Source: an uncultured Poribacteria bacterium
GTDB lineage: Bacteria; Poribacteria; WGA-4E; WGA-3G
Assembly (NCBI GenBank): GCA_958296135.2
Contig: CATQHZ020000001.1
Span: 320,001-384,000, forward strand
DNA: 64,000 nt
Direction of reading: 5' to 3'
Shown piece after piece: positions 49,951 to 60,241 of the stretch. Each line of letters opens with the position of its first letter. Within the stretch, counting starts at the first letter, position 1. The position numbers and the translations under genes were made by a program. The notes beneath the pieces were generated by a model, which was not told the DNA's origin, ran no database searches, and worked only from the letters and a program-made list of their open reading frames with translations.

Positions 49951-52900
49951 CTAGCGCATCGTAACGCGCTCAGGCTTTTCTAACTTCCGACGGAGGACGA
50001 TACCCCACTGACCCACAACCCACAGCGCACTCCCATCTTTCGCACGCGTGATGACATAGAGGGCATTGTCTATATCGGTGTGCTCCTGTTCCCACGTCTC
50101 CCCGCCATCAGTTGAATGGAGAATCATCCCCTTTTCACCGACGACGTAGAGTTCCTCTTCGGAGAGTGCCAAAATGCCGTGGAGCGTTTTGGTAGTCCCG
50201 CTTGATTTCGCCTCCCACGTAAACCCGCCATCGGTGGTTTTCAAAACGATGCCGTGCAGGCCGACTGCCCACCCTTTGCGCTTGGCAATAAAGGAGACAG
50301 CGTTCAGATCATAGCCGGTCTGCGTTTCATGGAATCGCCAATACTCGCCGCCGTTGATGGTGCGTTGGATGATGCCGCTATGTCCCACCGCCCAACCAAG
50401 TGGTGCGAACTTCATGTCAATGTGCACCAGATCCTTGCCGGTAGTGGTGCGTTGCGGTGTCCACGTCGGACCGCCGTCTTTATTATGGATGATTTGTCCA
50501 TCGCTGCCGGCCGCCCATCCTTCGGAGAACTTGCCGAAGTCAATGGCGTTCATGGCGAAACTGCGAGGCGGATCTCCCTCCATAAAAGGCGGTCTTTCCG
50601 GCGTATCCCCCGCTGTCCACGTCTGTCCATCGGTGGTATAAAGCACCGTTCCATCGCGTTGCATTGCCCATCCCCACTTCGGTTCAAGACTCGTAAAGTG
50701 GACACCGATGAGTCGTTGGCGCGTTTGACCCCGCAGCGATTTCCAATTCTGGCCCCCGTCTTGCGTTTCCAAAAGCACGCCGTTGTCCCCGGCGATCCAG
50801 CCGTTCTGTTCATCGTAGAAGAGGACATCTCGGAAGTTATCCACCTGCGCTTCGCCGAGTTGGCGTTCCCAGGTTTGTCCGCCATCCGCGGTGTGGTAAA
50901 TTTTCCCCGCGCTGCCGACTGCCCACGCTTGTTGTGCGTCTAAGAAGTAGACGCTGGCAATGTCCTGTCCGCCGCGTCGCCGCCGCTGCGGTTCAGGCGG
51001 AGAGACCTCCTGGTCCCGATTGGCCGTAGGCGGATCCTCCCGGTCCCGATTCCGTTGCGCGTTGTCAGATGGAAGTTCTCCCTCTGGCGCGAAGCGTCCG
51101 GGAAGCTGCGTCTGCGTGCGCAGTTGATTTTGGATGGCCTCCGCCGGGTCTTCGTCGTATTGCAACGTGGGGCCTTCGGATTCTTCAGAGGCCGCGGAAT
51201 CACGAGGGACAGGCCCTCGCGCTACGTTGTCGGAGGCGTTTTCGGGTTGTCCCATCGCGAGCACTTGGCCGGGGATAGAGACAGGAATTGCCTTCCAATT
51301 TTCTCCTTGACTATCAGTAATGAAGGCGTTGCCGCCCGCGCCGAATGCCCACGCGTCTGTATGTGAACGGAACGTAACGCGTCGGATGCCCCGCGCTCCT
51401 GACTTCGCCGTTCGCAATTTCCACGTCTTTCCGCCATCTGTCGTCAACAGCGAGTTGCCGTTGCCTAGAATTACCCAACCGTTCGTCGTGTCCGCAAAAT
51501 GGACAGCAACACCGGCCTGGTTAGTCTTGGCCTGAATTTTCCAATAATCGCCGCCATCAATAGTGTGAAGGATAAAGCCGCCATCTCTGCGCTGCGGCGT
51601 GACGGCCCATCCCTCCTGACTGTTAATGAAGTGGATATCCGTAATCGCTTGCATCGTCGTGCCGGTTTTCTGAAGTTTCCACGTCTTTCCGCCATCTGTC
51701 GTGTGTAAGGTTTGTCCAATGTCCGCGCCGAGCCATCCCTCTTGCGGATTGAGGAATTGCACCGTGCTAATCCGGCGCAGGTTTTGCAGCGTCTTCCGGA
51801 CAACCTGCCACGTCTTCCCCGCGTTTTCCGTGCGGAGCAAAACACCAGAGCCAAAAATCCAACCGTGTTTGTCATCAACGAATTCAACTTGGCGCAGATT
51901 TTCACTCACGCCGCTGTGTTGTGGCAGCCATGTTTGCCCGCCATCCATTGTATGCGCAATGACACCGCTAGAACCGACAGCCCAACCGTGCTGTGCATCG
52001 ACGAAATACGTATCGGAGAAATTCGTCTGCCACGTCGCTTGACGGATAATATCCCAATGATACACGACAGGTTCAAGAGGTTCCTCTTCTGTCTCTGCCT
52101 CCGCCACTTCCTCTGCGACAGGCGGCAACTTCGCTGGGAGCTCCGCCTCTTCTACCGAATACCGCATCGCGATGCCGCCCTTACCCACCGCGACGACTCC
52201 CTGCGGCGAGAGTGCCAATCCGTAAAGATCATTATCTGTGCCGCTCTCTTGCAGTTCCCACTTCGCGCCGCCGTTCGTCGTGGTGAGCATCATGCCGTTA
52301 TCACCGACAATCAAGCCGTGCTGCGTATCGGCAAAATAGAGTTTGTTCAGATTTTCTTGGGTGCCGCTTCGTTGAAAATTCCACTTCGCGCCGCCGTTTT
52401 TGGTGAACAAAATCTCGCCGAATTGCCCGACAATCCAGCCGGTGTTTTCATCGGCAAAATAGACAGCGTAGAGCTCGTTGTAGGTGCCGGTGGTTTGATG
52501 ACTCCAGGTCAGTCCACCATCGCGGGTGGTAAGGCAGATGCCGGGCCATCCGATTGCCCAGCCTCGCTTATCATTGAGGAAGTAAACCCCTTTGAGCATG
52601 TGAAATTCGCCGGGGGTTTGTTGCACCCAAGTTTCGCCGCCATCTGCAGTGTGCAAAATCGTGCTGAGGTCACCGACAATCCACCCTTTCTTTGGACTCA
52701 TAAAGTGAACGGAGCGGAGGGTGTAGCCGCCACCGCCAAACTGGCGTTCCCAATTCGCGCCGCCATCGTTGGTATGCACAATAAGCCCGCGTTCGCCGAC
52801 TGCCCAGCCGTGCTTATCGGTGGCAAAATAGATGCTCCAAATGCCGTCCCAGATGTCGGTATCCAGTTCGTTCCACGTTTGGCCGCCGTCGTTACTCATC

Positions 52901-53985
52901 GCCATCGTGCCGCGCCTGCCGACAGCAATGGCGCGGTTCGCATCGGTAAATTGGACATTCTGCAGGTCATTCGCCGTAGTGCCGCTGGTTATCGTCCACG
53001 TCGCGCCGGCATCTTCGGTGTGCAAAATCGTGCCGTACCAGCCGACGGCCCACGCCTCTTTGCGGGAAGTCCACTGCACCGCGGTGAGATTATTTTCGGT
53101 GCCGCTCTCGATTAACTGCCAATTGTCGCCGCCATCTTCGGTGCGCGTGATAAACCCGACATCCGCGACAGCGATGCCGTAATTCTCATCGGTGAAGTGG
53201 ATGCTGTTGACAGTATCGCGGACATGTCCGTTGATGAGGGGGATGCGGCTATCTTGGCGTTCCCAGTTCGCGCCGCCGGTGGTAGTGTGAAAAATAGAGC
53301 CATCGCTGCCAGCAAGCCAGCCTTCATTCTCACTAATGAAGAAGATTTTTTTGTTATCGTTAATCATCCGGTCGCGTTCGCCTTCAAAGCGGTTGCTCTG
53401 CTCGCGCCATTCTTTGCCAGCGGTTTCAGTATGAAAAATCCGGTCATATTCGCCGACAACCCATCCGCGCGAATCGTCCACGAACCAGATGCCGTTGAGC
53501 GGGAATTCGCTGACATATTCGTAGCGTTTCCATTCCTTCCCGCCGTTTTCGGTATAAAGCACATCAGCATCTTCACCGACGATCCAACCCTCTTTAGAAT
53601 TGGCGAAGAAGACATCTCGGAGCATGGCGTATGTTCCACTGCGCTGCAGCGTCCAATGTCGCCCTCCGTCATCCGTCGTGGCGATGAGGCCCTCGTCCCC
53701 GACAGCCCATCCATACTGCGCGTTGGTAAAATAGACTGCCTTGAAATCGCCGGTTACGTCAACTTCTTGTTTTTGCCACGTTTTTCCACCATCTTTCGTA
53801 TGGATGATGAGGCCTTCCAATCCGACGCTCCACCCCTGCTTCGCGTTGACGAAGTGGATATCGGTAAAGTGCGTCTCCCAGTCTGCCTTCCGCGTTGCTT
53901 CTCTCCGCACGCATCCATTGAGAAGAGTCAGCGCGCAAATGAGAAGCACGATGGCTAGAGGCGTTGCATAGTTCTTAGTTTTCAT
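49951..53985 (-). CDS. Large YCF48/BNR-repeat beta-propeller lipoprotein
   Basis: Lipobox LNGC; more than 25 repeats of F.d...GW.VG..G.I.hT.DGG.tW. Confidence 0.92.
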   Translation of the reverse strand: MKTKNYATPLAIVLLICALTLLNGCVRREATRKADWETHFTDIHFVNAKQGWSVGLEGLIIHTKDGGKTWQKQEVDVTGDFKAVYFTNAQYGWAVGDEGLIATTDDGGRHWTLQRSGTYAMLRDVFFANSKEGWIVGEDADVLYTENGGKEWKRYEYVSEFPLNGIWFVDDSRGWVVGEYDRIFHTETAGKEWREQSNRFEGERDRMINDNKKIFFISENEGWLAGSDGSIFHTTTGGANWERQDSRIPLINGHVRDTVNSIHFTDENYGIAVADVGFITRTEDGGDNWQLIESGTENNLTAVQWTSRKEAWAVGWYGTILHTEDAGATWTITSGTTANDLQNVQFTDANRAIAVGRRGTMAMSNDGGQTWNELDTDIWDGIWSIYFATDKHGWAVGERGLIVHTNDGGANWERQFGGGGYTLRSVHFMSPKKGWIVGDLSTILHTADGGETWVQQTPGEFHMLKGVYFLNDKRGWAIGWPGICLTTRDGGLTWSHQTTGTYNELYAVYFADENTGWIVGQFGEILFTKNGGAKWNFQRSGTQENLNKLYFADTQHGLIVGDNGMMLTTTNGGAKWELQESGTDNDLYGLALSPQGVVAVGKGGIAMRYSVEEAELPAKLPPVAEEVAEAETEEEPLEPVVYHWDIIRQATWQTNFSDTYFVDAQHGWAVGSSGVIAHTMDGGQTWLPQHSGVSENLRQVEFVDDKHGWIFGSGVLLRTENAGKTWQVVRKTLQNLRRISTVQFLNPQEGWLGADIGQTLHTTDGGKTWKLQKTGTTMQAITDIHFINSQEGWAVTPQRRDGGFILHTIDGGDYWKIQAKTNQAGVAVHFADTTNGWVILGNGNSLLTTDGGKTWKLRTAKSGARGIRRVTFRSHTDAWAFGAGGNAFITDSQGENWKAIPVSIPGQVLAMGQPENASDNVARGPVPRDSAASEESEGPTLQYDEDPAEAIQNQLRTQTQLPGRFAPEGELPSDNAQRNRDREDPPTANRDQEVSPPEPQRRRRGGQDIASVYFLDAQQAWAVGSAGKIYHTADGGQTWERQLGEAQVDNFRDVLFYDEQNGWIAGDNGVLLETQDGGQNWKSLRGQTRQRLIGVHFTSLEPKWGWAMQRDGTVLYTTDGQTWTAGDTPERPPFMEGDPPRSFAMNAIDFGKFSEGWAAGSDGQIIHNKDGGPTWTPQRTTTGKDLVHIDMKFAPLGWAVGHSGIIQRTINGGEYWRFHETQTGYDLNAVSFIAKRKGWAVGLHGIVLKTTDGGFTWEAKSSGTTKTLHGILALSEEELYVVGEKGMILHSTDGGETWEQEHTDIDNALYVITRAKDGSALWVVGQWGIVLRRKLEKPERVTMR

Positions 53986-54254
53986 TTGTTCTCTCCGTTC
54001 TGTTAACCCGTGGGCGCGGTTTGGAACCGCGCCCACGGGATTCGTTCAGCGTCAGTCCTTAAGCGGCGTGCTGCGGGACAGGCCATCAATCTACATTGCA
54101 ATTCGTTCGGCGTGCCGGACTCGGACATCGCTCTCTGCTTCTTGGCGGCCCTCCATCTTGCCGCGAATCCAGCCTATCTCGCGTTCTATCGATTCAAAAT
54201 GCTGCTGCGTCTCAGTTCGTCCGGTCGGAGGGTAGGCACCGCACTACATAACCT

Positions 54255-54430
54255 ATGAGAATCTCGTCAAAGGTAGACTTATCTGGAAACCTGTGCAAAG
54301 TCTACGAGTCTCTGAGAGGTTAGCGGTTTCCTGCTTCTTCCGCGCACACGCGGGTTCTGATGCCAGCCTACCCAAGTAGGTGTTACAGCATCTCCACAGG
54401 CGTTTAGACTCTCGTCCGTGCTAGACGCGA
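54255..54430 (-). ncRNA. Putative omega-RNA (reRNA) overlapping the tnpB 3' end
   Basis: ACGCCTGTGGAGA...GAAGCAGGAA segment typical of TnpB 3' ends; terminal hairpin GTAGACTT/AAGTCTAC; limits approximate. Confidence 0.55.
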
Positions 54431-55523
54431 GTTGTCGAAGGTTTATAGCGGCGTTAACATCCCGATCTTCAACGAATCCACACACGCCGCAGTGGTATTC
54501 TCTGTCCTTGAGCGTCAGTTTGAATTCGCCACGTTTGACGTAGCCACAAGAACTGCATCGCTGTGTTGACGGCCAGAACTCATCTGCTGACACAATACGG
54601 ATACCCCGGCGCACCGCTTTGTATTTAAGTTTGACGAGAAAACCACCGAGGCTTGCGTCAGCGAGTGCCTTGCTAAGCTTGCGATTTTTCATCAAACCTT
54701 TCACGGTGAGGCTCTCGATGCCAAGCACTGAAATGCCTTTCAGAATGCGATGTGTCGCCTGATGATGGGCATCGGTTCGCACATTGGCGATACGGGCATG
54801 CAGGCGGGCGAGGCGTTCCTTCGCCTTCCACCAATTCCGACTAAGAAACGTTTTTCTAGCGAGTGCCTTATTTGCACGGCGTAGTTTGCGTTCATTGACG
54901 CGCAAGGCACGCGGATTTTCATAGACAGTGCCATCGTCCATCGTGGCGAGGGCAGAGATGCCGACATCACAACCTGCAGGGGGCAGTGCTGACGTGTCGG
55001 GCGGTTCCGGGACATCAACTTCGACGAGGATGCTGATAAACCAGGTGCTGGTTTCCTTTCGCGATACGAAGGCGCGGCGAATCTCGCCAACATAGCGTGG
55101 TTTCTCTCGCAACCTCACATGCCCTATTTTCGGGAGGACAGCAGCGTTACCATCCGCCGTGATACGGACACTGCCAACGCCGTTGTCAATTTGGAACGAC
55201 GGATACCTTGATTTATGCGTCTTCCGCTTGGGACGATTGTTCTGTCCGGACTTCCAACGTTGGCGAGCATCGTCAAAGGCGTGGATAGCATTCTTACCGG
55301 CGTTCTGCGAGCAGTCCGCGAATTCGGGGAACACGTCCCGTTTGCGGGCATTGAATGCCTTCTTAATGTCGTAGACAGACATCCAACGCGCTGCGTCACG
55401 GGATTCCGAGTGCGCCGCATTATATGCAACACGGGCGAAATCCACGTGACGACAGAACATCGCAACTGGTTCCTCGCTAGGGTTGAGTGCTATCTTCTGG
55501 GCTCGTAGTGCCATCGGAGTCAC
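54279..55523 (-). CDS. tnpB: TnpB RNA-guided endonuclease (IS200/IS605 or IS607 accessory), no tnpA
   Basis: KIALNP N-terminus, RuvC GCDVG / IESL / DRDVNAAINL, Zn finger CSSCG..CGVCG. Confidence 0.93.
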   Translation of the reverse strand: MTPMALRAQKIALNPSEEPVAMFCRHVDFARVAYNAAHSESRDAARWMSVYDIKKAFNARKRDVFPEFADCSQNAGKNAIHAFDDARQRWKSGQNNRPKRKTHKSRYPSFQIDNGVGSVRITADGNAAVLPKIGHVRLREKPRYVGEIRRAFVSRKETSTWFISILVEVDVPEPPDTSALPPAGCDVGISALATMDDGTVYENPRALRVNERKLRRANKALARKTFLSRNWWKAKERLARLHARIANVRTDAHHQATHRILKGISVLGIESLTVKGLMKNRKLSKALADASLGGFLVKLKYKAVRRGIRIVSADEFWPSTQRCSSCGYVKRGEFKLTLKDREYHCGVCGFVEDRDVNAAINLRQLASSTDESLNACGDAVTPTWVGWHQNPRVRGRSRKPLTSQRLVDFAQVSR

Positions 55524-55616
55524 CGTTCCCGTTGGGTGTCACCTGCTGCTAGATAGGTGGGGCGAGAGACACGGCGGGAAGCCGCACTTAGCCGTCTCGC
55601 CCCCAACGGTAACTAC

Positions 55617-55645
55617 ATTCTACCACAAATCCACGGCGACTGCAA
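55617..55645 (-). promoter_or_regulatory. tnpB promoter
   Basis: TTGCAG, 17 nt, TGgTAGAAT on the minus strand. Confidence 0.6.
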
Positions 55646-55739
55646 ATAAAAATGCACACGGCTAGATTCGGGCAGGTACGCCTAGTATCTCATAGAGTTA
55701 TCGCCACTGCACCGAGCCCTAGAGATGCGTCAATTCTGC

Positions 55740-56609
55740 TCAATACCCGCTGTCGCCACCGAAAAAACCTGACAGTGCAACCGCAATGCCTATCGCGATG
55801 ACTACCGGCAGCGCGACGAGTGCTATCTGGACAGACGCAGATTTCCGCCTGCCTACCCAGGCCATCGCAGGCGAAACGGTTAACAAAATTGCGCTCACCG
55901 CTGGAACTTCCGCATAGAAATAGCCGTTTAACCACAACCCCACAAGTAAGAATGCCACACCCATCGATGCAGCCGGCAGAAAGAGCTCGGGAAGGGAGGC
56001 AGCCTTGCCAGAAATTCGCGGGAAGATGAGCATAGCCATCCACACAGAGGCGAGCATTGCGACTAAAATTCCCGCGTGTTGCGCAAGCCGCAGGCTCCCC
56101 GAAAACGCGAGGATGAGCGCGCTGCCGCCCGCTATGCCGAAAAGCACGAATGGCCGAGAGGCACCTTTAGGTAAGAGATCGATGCCTTTCTCTGCCACCA
56201 GCCAGAAAAAGAAAATCGCCAGCGTGAGACATACCCACCAGATGAGTCCTTCAAGATTCCCCCACGTATATTTAAACGTCGCGTTGAGGATAAGCCGCGG
56301 GATAACGACAGCGAGCGCGAGATGCACGAACAAGCGGGCCCGGGGCGGCATCCACCGAACGCCTTCAATAGCAATCGCGGCAAGCGCAAGGTAGAAAATC
56401 CAATGGAGCCCTTCCTTCGGCGGAAGCGGCATTTTGCCTTCTAGTCCAAGATACCCAACGATGTATCCGCTTCCTATTGCAAGCGCGGCGAGGTGCGCTC
56501 GGACATTTGAGCCTTCGGATTGCGGCCAGAGGGACGCACCTGCAAAAATGCCGCCGCAGACGATGGCTGGCAAAATCAGACTAAAGAAGATAGCGGTGAA
56601 AGAGAGCAT
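55740..56609 (-). CDS. Hypothetical polytopic membrane protein
   Basis: About 9 hydrophobic helices; follows yceI. Confidence 0.75.
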   Translation of the reverse strand: MLSFTAIFFSLILPAIVCGGIFAGASLWPQSEGSNVRAHLAALAIGSGYIVGYLGLEGKMPLPPKEGLHWIFYLALAAIAIEGVRWMPPRARLFVHLALAVVIPRLILNATFKYTWGNLEGLIWWVCLTLAIFFFWLVAEKGIDLLPKGASRPFVLFGIAGGSALILAFSGSLRLAQHAGILVAMLASVWMAMLIFPRISGKAASLPELFLPAASMGVAFLLVGLWLNGYFYAEVPAVSAILLTVSPAMAWVGRRKSASVQIALVALPVVIAIGIAVALSGFFGGDSGY

Positions 56610-56640
56610 TGCTCGCTGTCCTTTTTTGAACGGAGAACGC

Positions 56641-57216
56641 CTATTTTTTCATCCCTTCAACGCTCACCGTGATGCGGATGTCGTCGCTGACAGCACCTAT
56701 GCCGTAGGCCATTCCGAAATCGGTTCGTTTGATGTTAAAGGTTGTCTCAAAACCGATGATGGCTGTCCCTTGTGGGTTCTTCCCTTTCCCGGTCATTTCC
56801 ACCTCAACCGTTACGGATTTCTTCACGCCGTGCAGCTCAAGCTCGCCTGTCACTTCTAGCGTATCCTCGTCTACCTTCTTAACTTCTGTGCTTTTGAAGG
56901 TAATGACAGGGAATTGCTTAGCATTGAAGAAATCGGGGCTTCTGAGGTGCTGGTCGCGTTTTTCGTTCCCGGTGTCAACACTCGCCGCCTTGACTTCAAG
57001 TTCTATCCTGCTATTCGCAGCGTCGGTTTCGTCGATGGCGAGTTTGCCCGAAAATTCGTTAAACCTTCCGTAGTTGTAACTCACACCCATGTGTTTGGCA
57101 CGGAAGATAATCATTGAATGCGAGGCATCAACTTCATAGGTATCCGCCGCATCCGCCAATTGTAACACGCCTGTCATCCCGATGAGCAGGAGCAGGCAGA
57201 GAAAAATGGTTCTCAT
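56641..57216 (-). CDS. yceI: YceI family periplasmic protein
   Basis: YEVDASHS, SVDTGNEKRDQHLRSPDFF, IKRTDFGM. Confidence 0.93.
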   Translation of the reverse strand: MRTIFLCLLLLIGMTGVLQLADAADTYEVDASHSMIIFRAKHMGVSYNYGRFNEFSGKLAIDETDAANSRIELEVKAASVDTGNEKRDQHLRSPDFFNAKQFPVITFKSTEVKKVDEDTLEVTGELELHGVKKSVTVEVEMTGKGKNPQGTAIIGFETTFNIKRTDFGMAYGIGAVSDDIRITVSVEGMKK

Positions 57217-57335
57217 AGTAAGTCTCCTTTTTGTAGTGGTTGAAACAAGATACCCTATTTTCGCAGATATGTCAAGGAAAAAAGACGACTGTAAGGGCGG
57301 ATGTCTCTATCCGCCCGCAGCGCGCATCCATGCGC

Positions 57336-58685
57336 TTAAACCAGCCAAAACACCAGCACGCCAAATATCGGCAGTAACGCCACCAAGATTTTCGCCTCCA
57401 GTAGGTAACGTTTATAGCGGAGGATAGAGGCACTGCCTTCTATTACCTTGTCTATGAAATTGATTCGCCGGAAAATCGATGGATGCGTGTTGAAAAGTTC
57501 AAAGAACCGCCGAATGGATGCCGGCAGCGCGTTCAGCACGGCCAGTTTCAGCAACGCTTCTTTGAACGCCGCCGATTTGCCTGTCAACTCAACGGCATAC
57601 AAATCTGCCTGATGTTCAAACCGTCGCGACAGATACCGGAAGATAAACACGAAATAGAGGATAAAAAATACCAGCCAGCATAAAGTGAGGAGCATCGGTA
57701 CATCCGCTAGCAGCGGTGTAAGCGGTTCCTCAACAAACCGATAAAAGAGCCCGGCACTCAACATATAGATGACTGAAAACAGCACATACGTCGGAATGTG
57801 TCTGTAACGGATATGTCCCAGTTCGTGCGCGACTACCGTCTCAATCTCGTCTTCTGTGAAGTAGTAGAGGAGTACATCCGTTAAAAAGATGCGGCGGTTC
57901 CACAGCGCGGTGCCGGCTACGGCGGCGTTTGCGATGGAGAGGGAGCCAGTTTTCCAGACGACTATCTCCCGATACTTGACACCGCTCTGTTTTGTTAACC
58001 GTTCCAACTTCTGCTTCAATGGCCCCGCCGGTAAGGGCTCGGATTTCCACAGAAATTGCACGAACAGCGGCGCGAACAGATACACAAACACCAATGCCGG
58101 TAGCAGAACCACCCCGATTAAAATCCACTCATGCGTCACGAGGAAATACTGCATCCGATACGGAAGCACTAACAGCACGTCGTGGGTAAAGAAATAGATA
58201 AACATCGGGACTACCGGGAATAGCAGCAGCTTGAACTGAAGGCTGAGAAGTTCCCGATAACGCACCTGCCCACTCCGATTGACTTGATAGAACGCGAACC
58301 GTATCGAGACTAACCCGATGACAAGCGGGACCAGGGCCACCGCATACTGCAGCGTCTGCGTCGGGAAGACGGTGATATATTGCTCAATGAGTCCCGGCAG
58401 ATTCAGCAGATATAGGTTGCCTAAATACGCCACTAAACTCAGACACTCAAAAATGACTATCAGGCGTTTGAGAGTGTGGAGTTTCGGGAGGTTATCCTCC
58501 ACGTCTGCGGGGAATACGCGGCTGGCACACACCGTTACACAATACGCGAGAAAGGCGGGTGCCACGGTAAGCGCGAACGTCCAGAGCAGCCGTTGCGCGA
58601 TACCGAGCGTGATGTCTGTCTCCGGCTGTTCAAAGTTTAAGAGGAAGAGCATCCCCGCGAGTAAAATAATGCTTATCTGTCCCAT
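57336..58685 (-). CDS. M48 family (Ste24/HtpX-like) membrane metallopeptidase
   Basis: ANAA, VAHELGH, FEHQADLYA, THPSIFRRI. Confidence 0.9.
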   Translation of the reverse strand: MGQISIILLAGMLFLLNFEQPETDITLGIAQRLLWTFALTVAPAFLAYCVTVCASRVFPADVEDNLPKLHTLKRLIVIFECLSLVAYLGNLYLLNLPGLIEQYITVFPTQTLQYAVALVPLVIGLVSIRFAFYQVNRSGQVRYRELLSLQFKLLLFPVVPMFIYFFTHDVLLVLPYRMQYFLVTHEWILIGVVLLPALVFVYLFAPLFVQFLWKSEPLPAGPLKQKLERLTKQSGVKYREIVVWKTGSLSIANAAVAGTALWNRRIFLTDVLLYYFTEDEIETVVAHELGHIRYRHIPTYVLFSVIYMLSAGLFYRFVEEPLTPLLADVPMLLTLCWLVFFILYFVFIFRYLSRRFEHQADLYAVELTGKSAAFKEALLKLAVLNALPASIRRFFELFNTHPSIFRRINFIDKVIEGSASILRYKRYLLEAKILVALLPIFGVLVFWLV

Positions 58686-58788
58686 TCTGTCCTCGTCTTC
58701 TGGGTTTGCAACAAACCCAATCATCGTTTGTGTGGCATGTCCCCGGTAACAGACGCTCGTGCAACCGCGGGGTAGCAATCCTTTCCGT

Positions 58789-58845
58789 GACTTACGCAAA
58801 CTCCTAAAACGTATGTCCGGTAAGGGTTTGTTCCGCGTAAGTCCT
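58789..58845. repeat. Short MITE-like element with GACTTACGC/GCGTAAGTC terminal inverted repeats
   Basis: Perfect 9-bp IR; related ends at 54049-54059 and 59090-59100. Confidence 0.5.
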
Positions 58846-58920
58846 AATTGTTATATTTTACCGTATCTCATCCGAAAAATCAACGAAATTTTACGCGTCA
58901 CATTCGTTTATAAAAAATGT

Positions 58921-58950
58921 TTGACATTTTTTCGCAAAACATGGTATAAT
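58921..58950 (+). promoter_or_regulatory. Promoter upstream of the OmpA-family gene
   Basis: TTGACA, 18 nt, TGgTATAAT. Confidence 0.7.
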
Positions 58951-59234
58951 AAATAGAAAAATCGCCTATTGTTGTCCCTCAAACTGTAGGAAGAGCGTCT
59001 CGCCTTTGACGTGCAGCCTTTTCCAAAGCTCGCGGATGGCGTGTGACGCGCATCATTTGTTCCTACTCAGCGGGATTCGCATAGATAACAGGACTGACGC
59101 AAAAATCCACGTTACTGGAGTGCGCGCTCCCAAAACGCGCCTACGCGGAAAGTGCAGTCCACGATAATTTTGCATACGATTCGTCCCGATACCGAGGCTT
59201 TTAATCGGAACACGGGGCATAACCGGAGGAATCC

Positions 59235-60110
59235 ATGAAAACTAGAACCGCTTTCACGTTGATAACTCTCTTGGGCATCGCCCTGGTCATCACTGGCTGT
59301 GGCAAACTGGACCAGGAGGAGTTTGAAATGTGGCAGAACGAGCATGTCTCACAGGTGGAGAAAACCAACGCCGAGATGTCCAACAAGATTACCATGTTAG
59401 ACACCAAAGTCGATGGGCAGAAGATGGCACTGATGGAGGACATTTCCGAGGCAAAGGATGAGGCGATTGCCGCCTCCCAGCAAGGCGATGCCGATACCAT
59501 TGCCGCCGCCATGCAAAACGCGAAGGAGCTTGACGCGAAACTTCGCGCAGACCTGACTGAGACTGTTGAAATGCAGTCCGAAAAAGCCATGAAGCTCGCC
59601 AAAGAGGGCGATGCTGAACTCGAGAAGCAGCTCATGGCGGAATCCAAAGCCACTGAGGCACAGGCGGATGAGATTAAGCAGCTCAGAGCCAAAGTCATGG
59701 CGTTGGAAGATAAGGTCGAAGAGGTGGAGATGGAAGTCGCCGCGAAGCCGATGCTGCTCACTACTGTCCAATTCGCCAGTGGGCAAACGGGGCTCTCCAG
59801 CAAGGCAAAATCGATGCTTGATGAGATTGTTGAGCAGCTGATGTCCGAATCAGATGCGACGATCCAAGTTATCGGGCATTCGGATGGCGCGCCAGTGCTG
59901 CGGGGCACATATCGCAGCAACTGGGATCTATCTCAGGCGCGTGCAAATGCCGCCGCCAAATACCTGAAATCGAAGGGCATTGATGCCGGCAGAATCGAAG
60001 CAGTCGGCAAAGCGCACACCGATCCGGTTGCACCACAGAATACTTCTGCCGGTAGAGCGATGAATCGGCGTGTAGAAGTCATTTTGCTGCCCCTGGGCGC
60101 GATGATGTAG
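59235..60110 (+). CDS. OmpA/MotB C-terminal domain lipoprotein with coiled-coil N-terminus
   Basis: Lipobox ITGC; IGHSD, NWDLSQARA, NRRVEV. Confidence 0.92.
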   Translation: MKTRTAFTLITLLGIALVITGCGKLDQEEFEMWQNEHVSQVEKTNAEMSNKITMLDTKVDGQKMALMEDISEAKDEAIAASQQGDADTIAAAMQNAKELDAKLRADLTETVEMQSEKAMKLAKEGDAELEKQLMAESKATEAQADEIKQLRAKVMALEDKVEEVEMEVAAKPMLLTTVQFASGQTGLSSKAKSMLDEIVEQLMSESDATIQVIGHSDGAPVLRGTYRSNWDLSQARANAAAKYLKSKGIDAGRIEAVGKAHTDPVAPQNTSAGRAMNRRVEVILLPLGAMM

Positions 60111-60241
60111 GTTCCCCGTATGGCGAGGGAAACCTGTCTCTCGCCATGCTCTCATCTTGTAAGGGCGGATGTCCATATCCGCCCGCGCGTTTCATTATAA
60201 CGGCGGATGTCGATATCCGTCCCACCGAGGAGAACGCAGCC

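Noticed and set aside
51712-53115. 467-aa plus-strand ORF
   Set aside because: Antisense shadow of the BNR-repeat gene; the same applies to other long antisense ORFs such as 748..1533, 20308..21153 and 42794..43687
49951-53985. Photosystem II assembly function (YCF48)
   Set aside because: Only the generic BNR propeller repeat is shared; there are no photosynthesis genes nearby
54090-54215. Short minus-strand frame (EREIGWIRGKMEG) downstream of tnpB
   Set aside because: No clear start; too short to support a gene or cargo call
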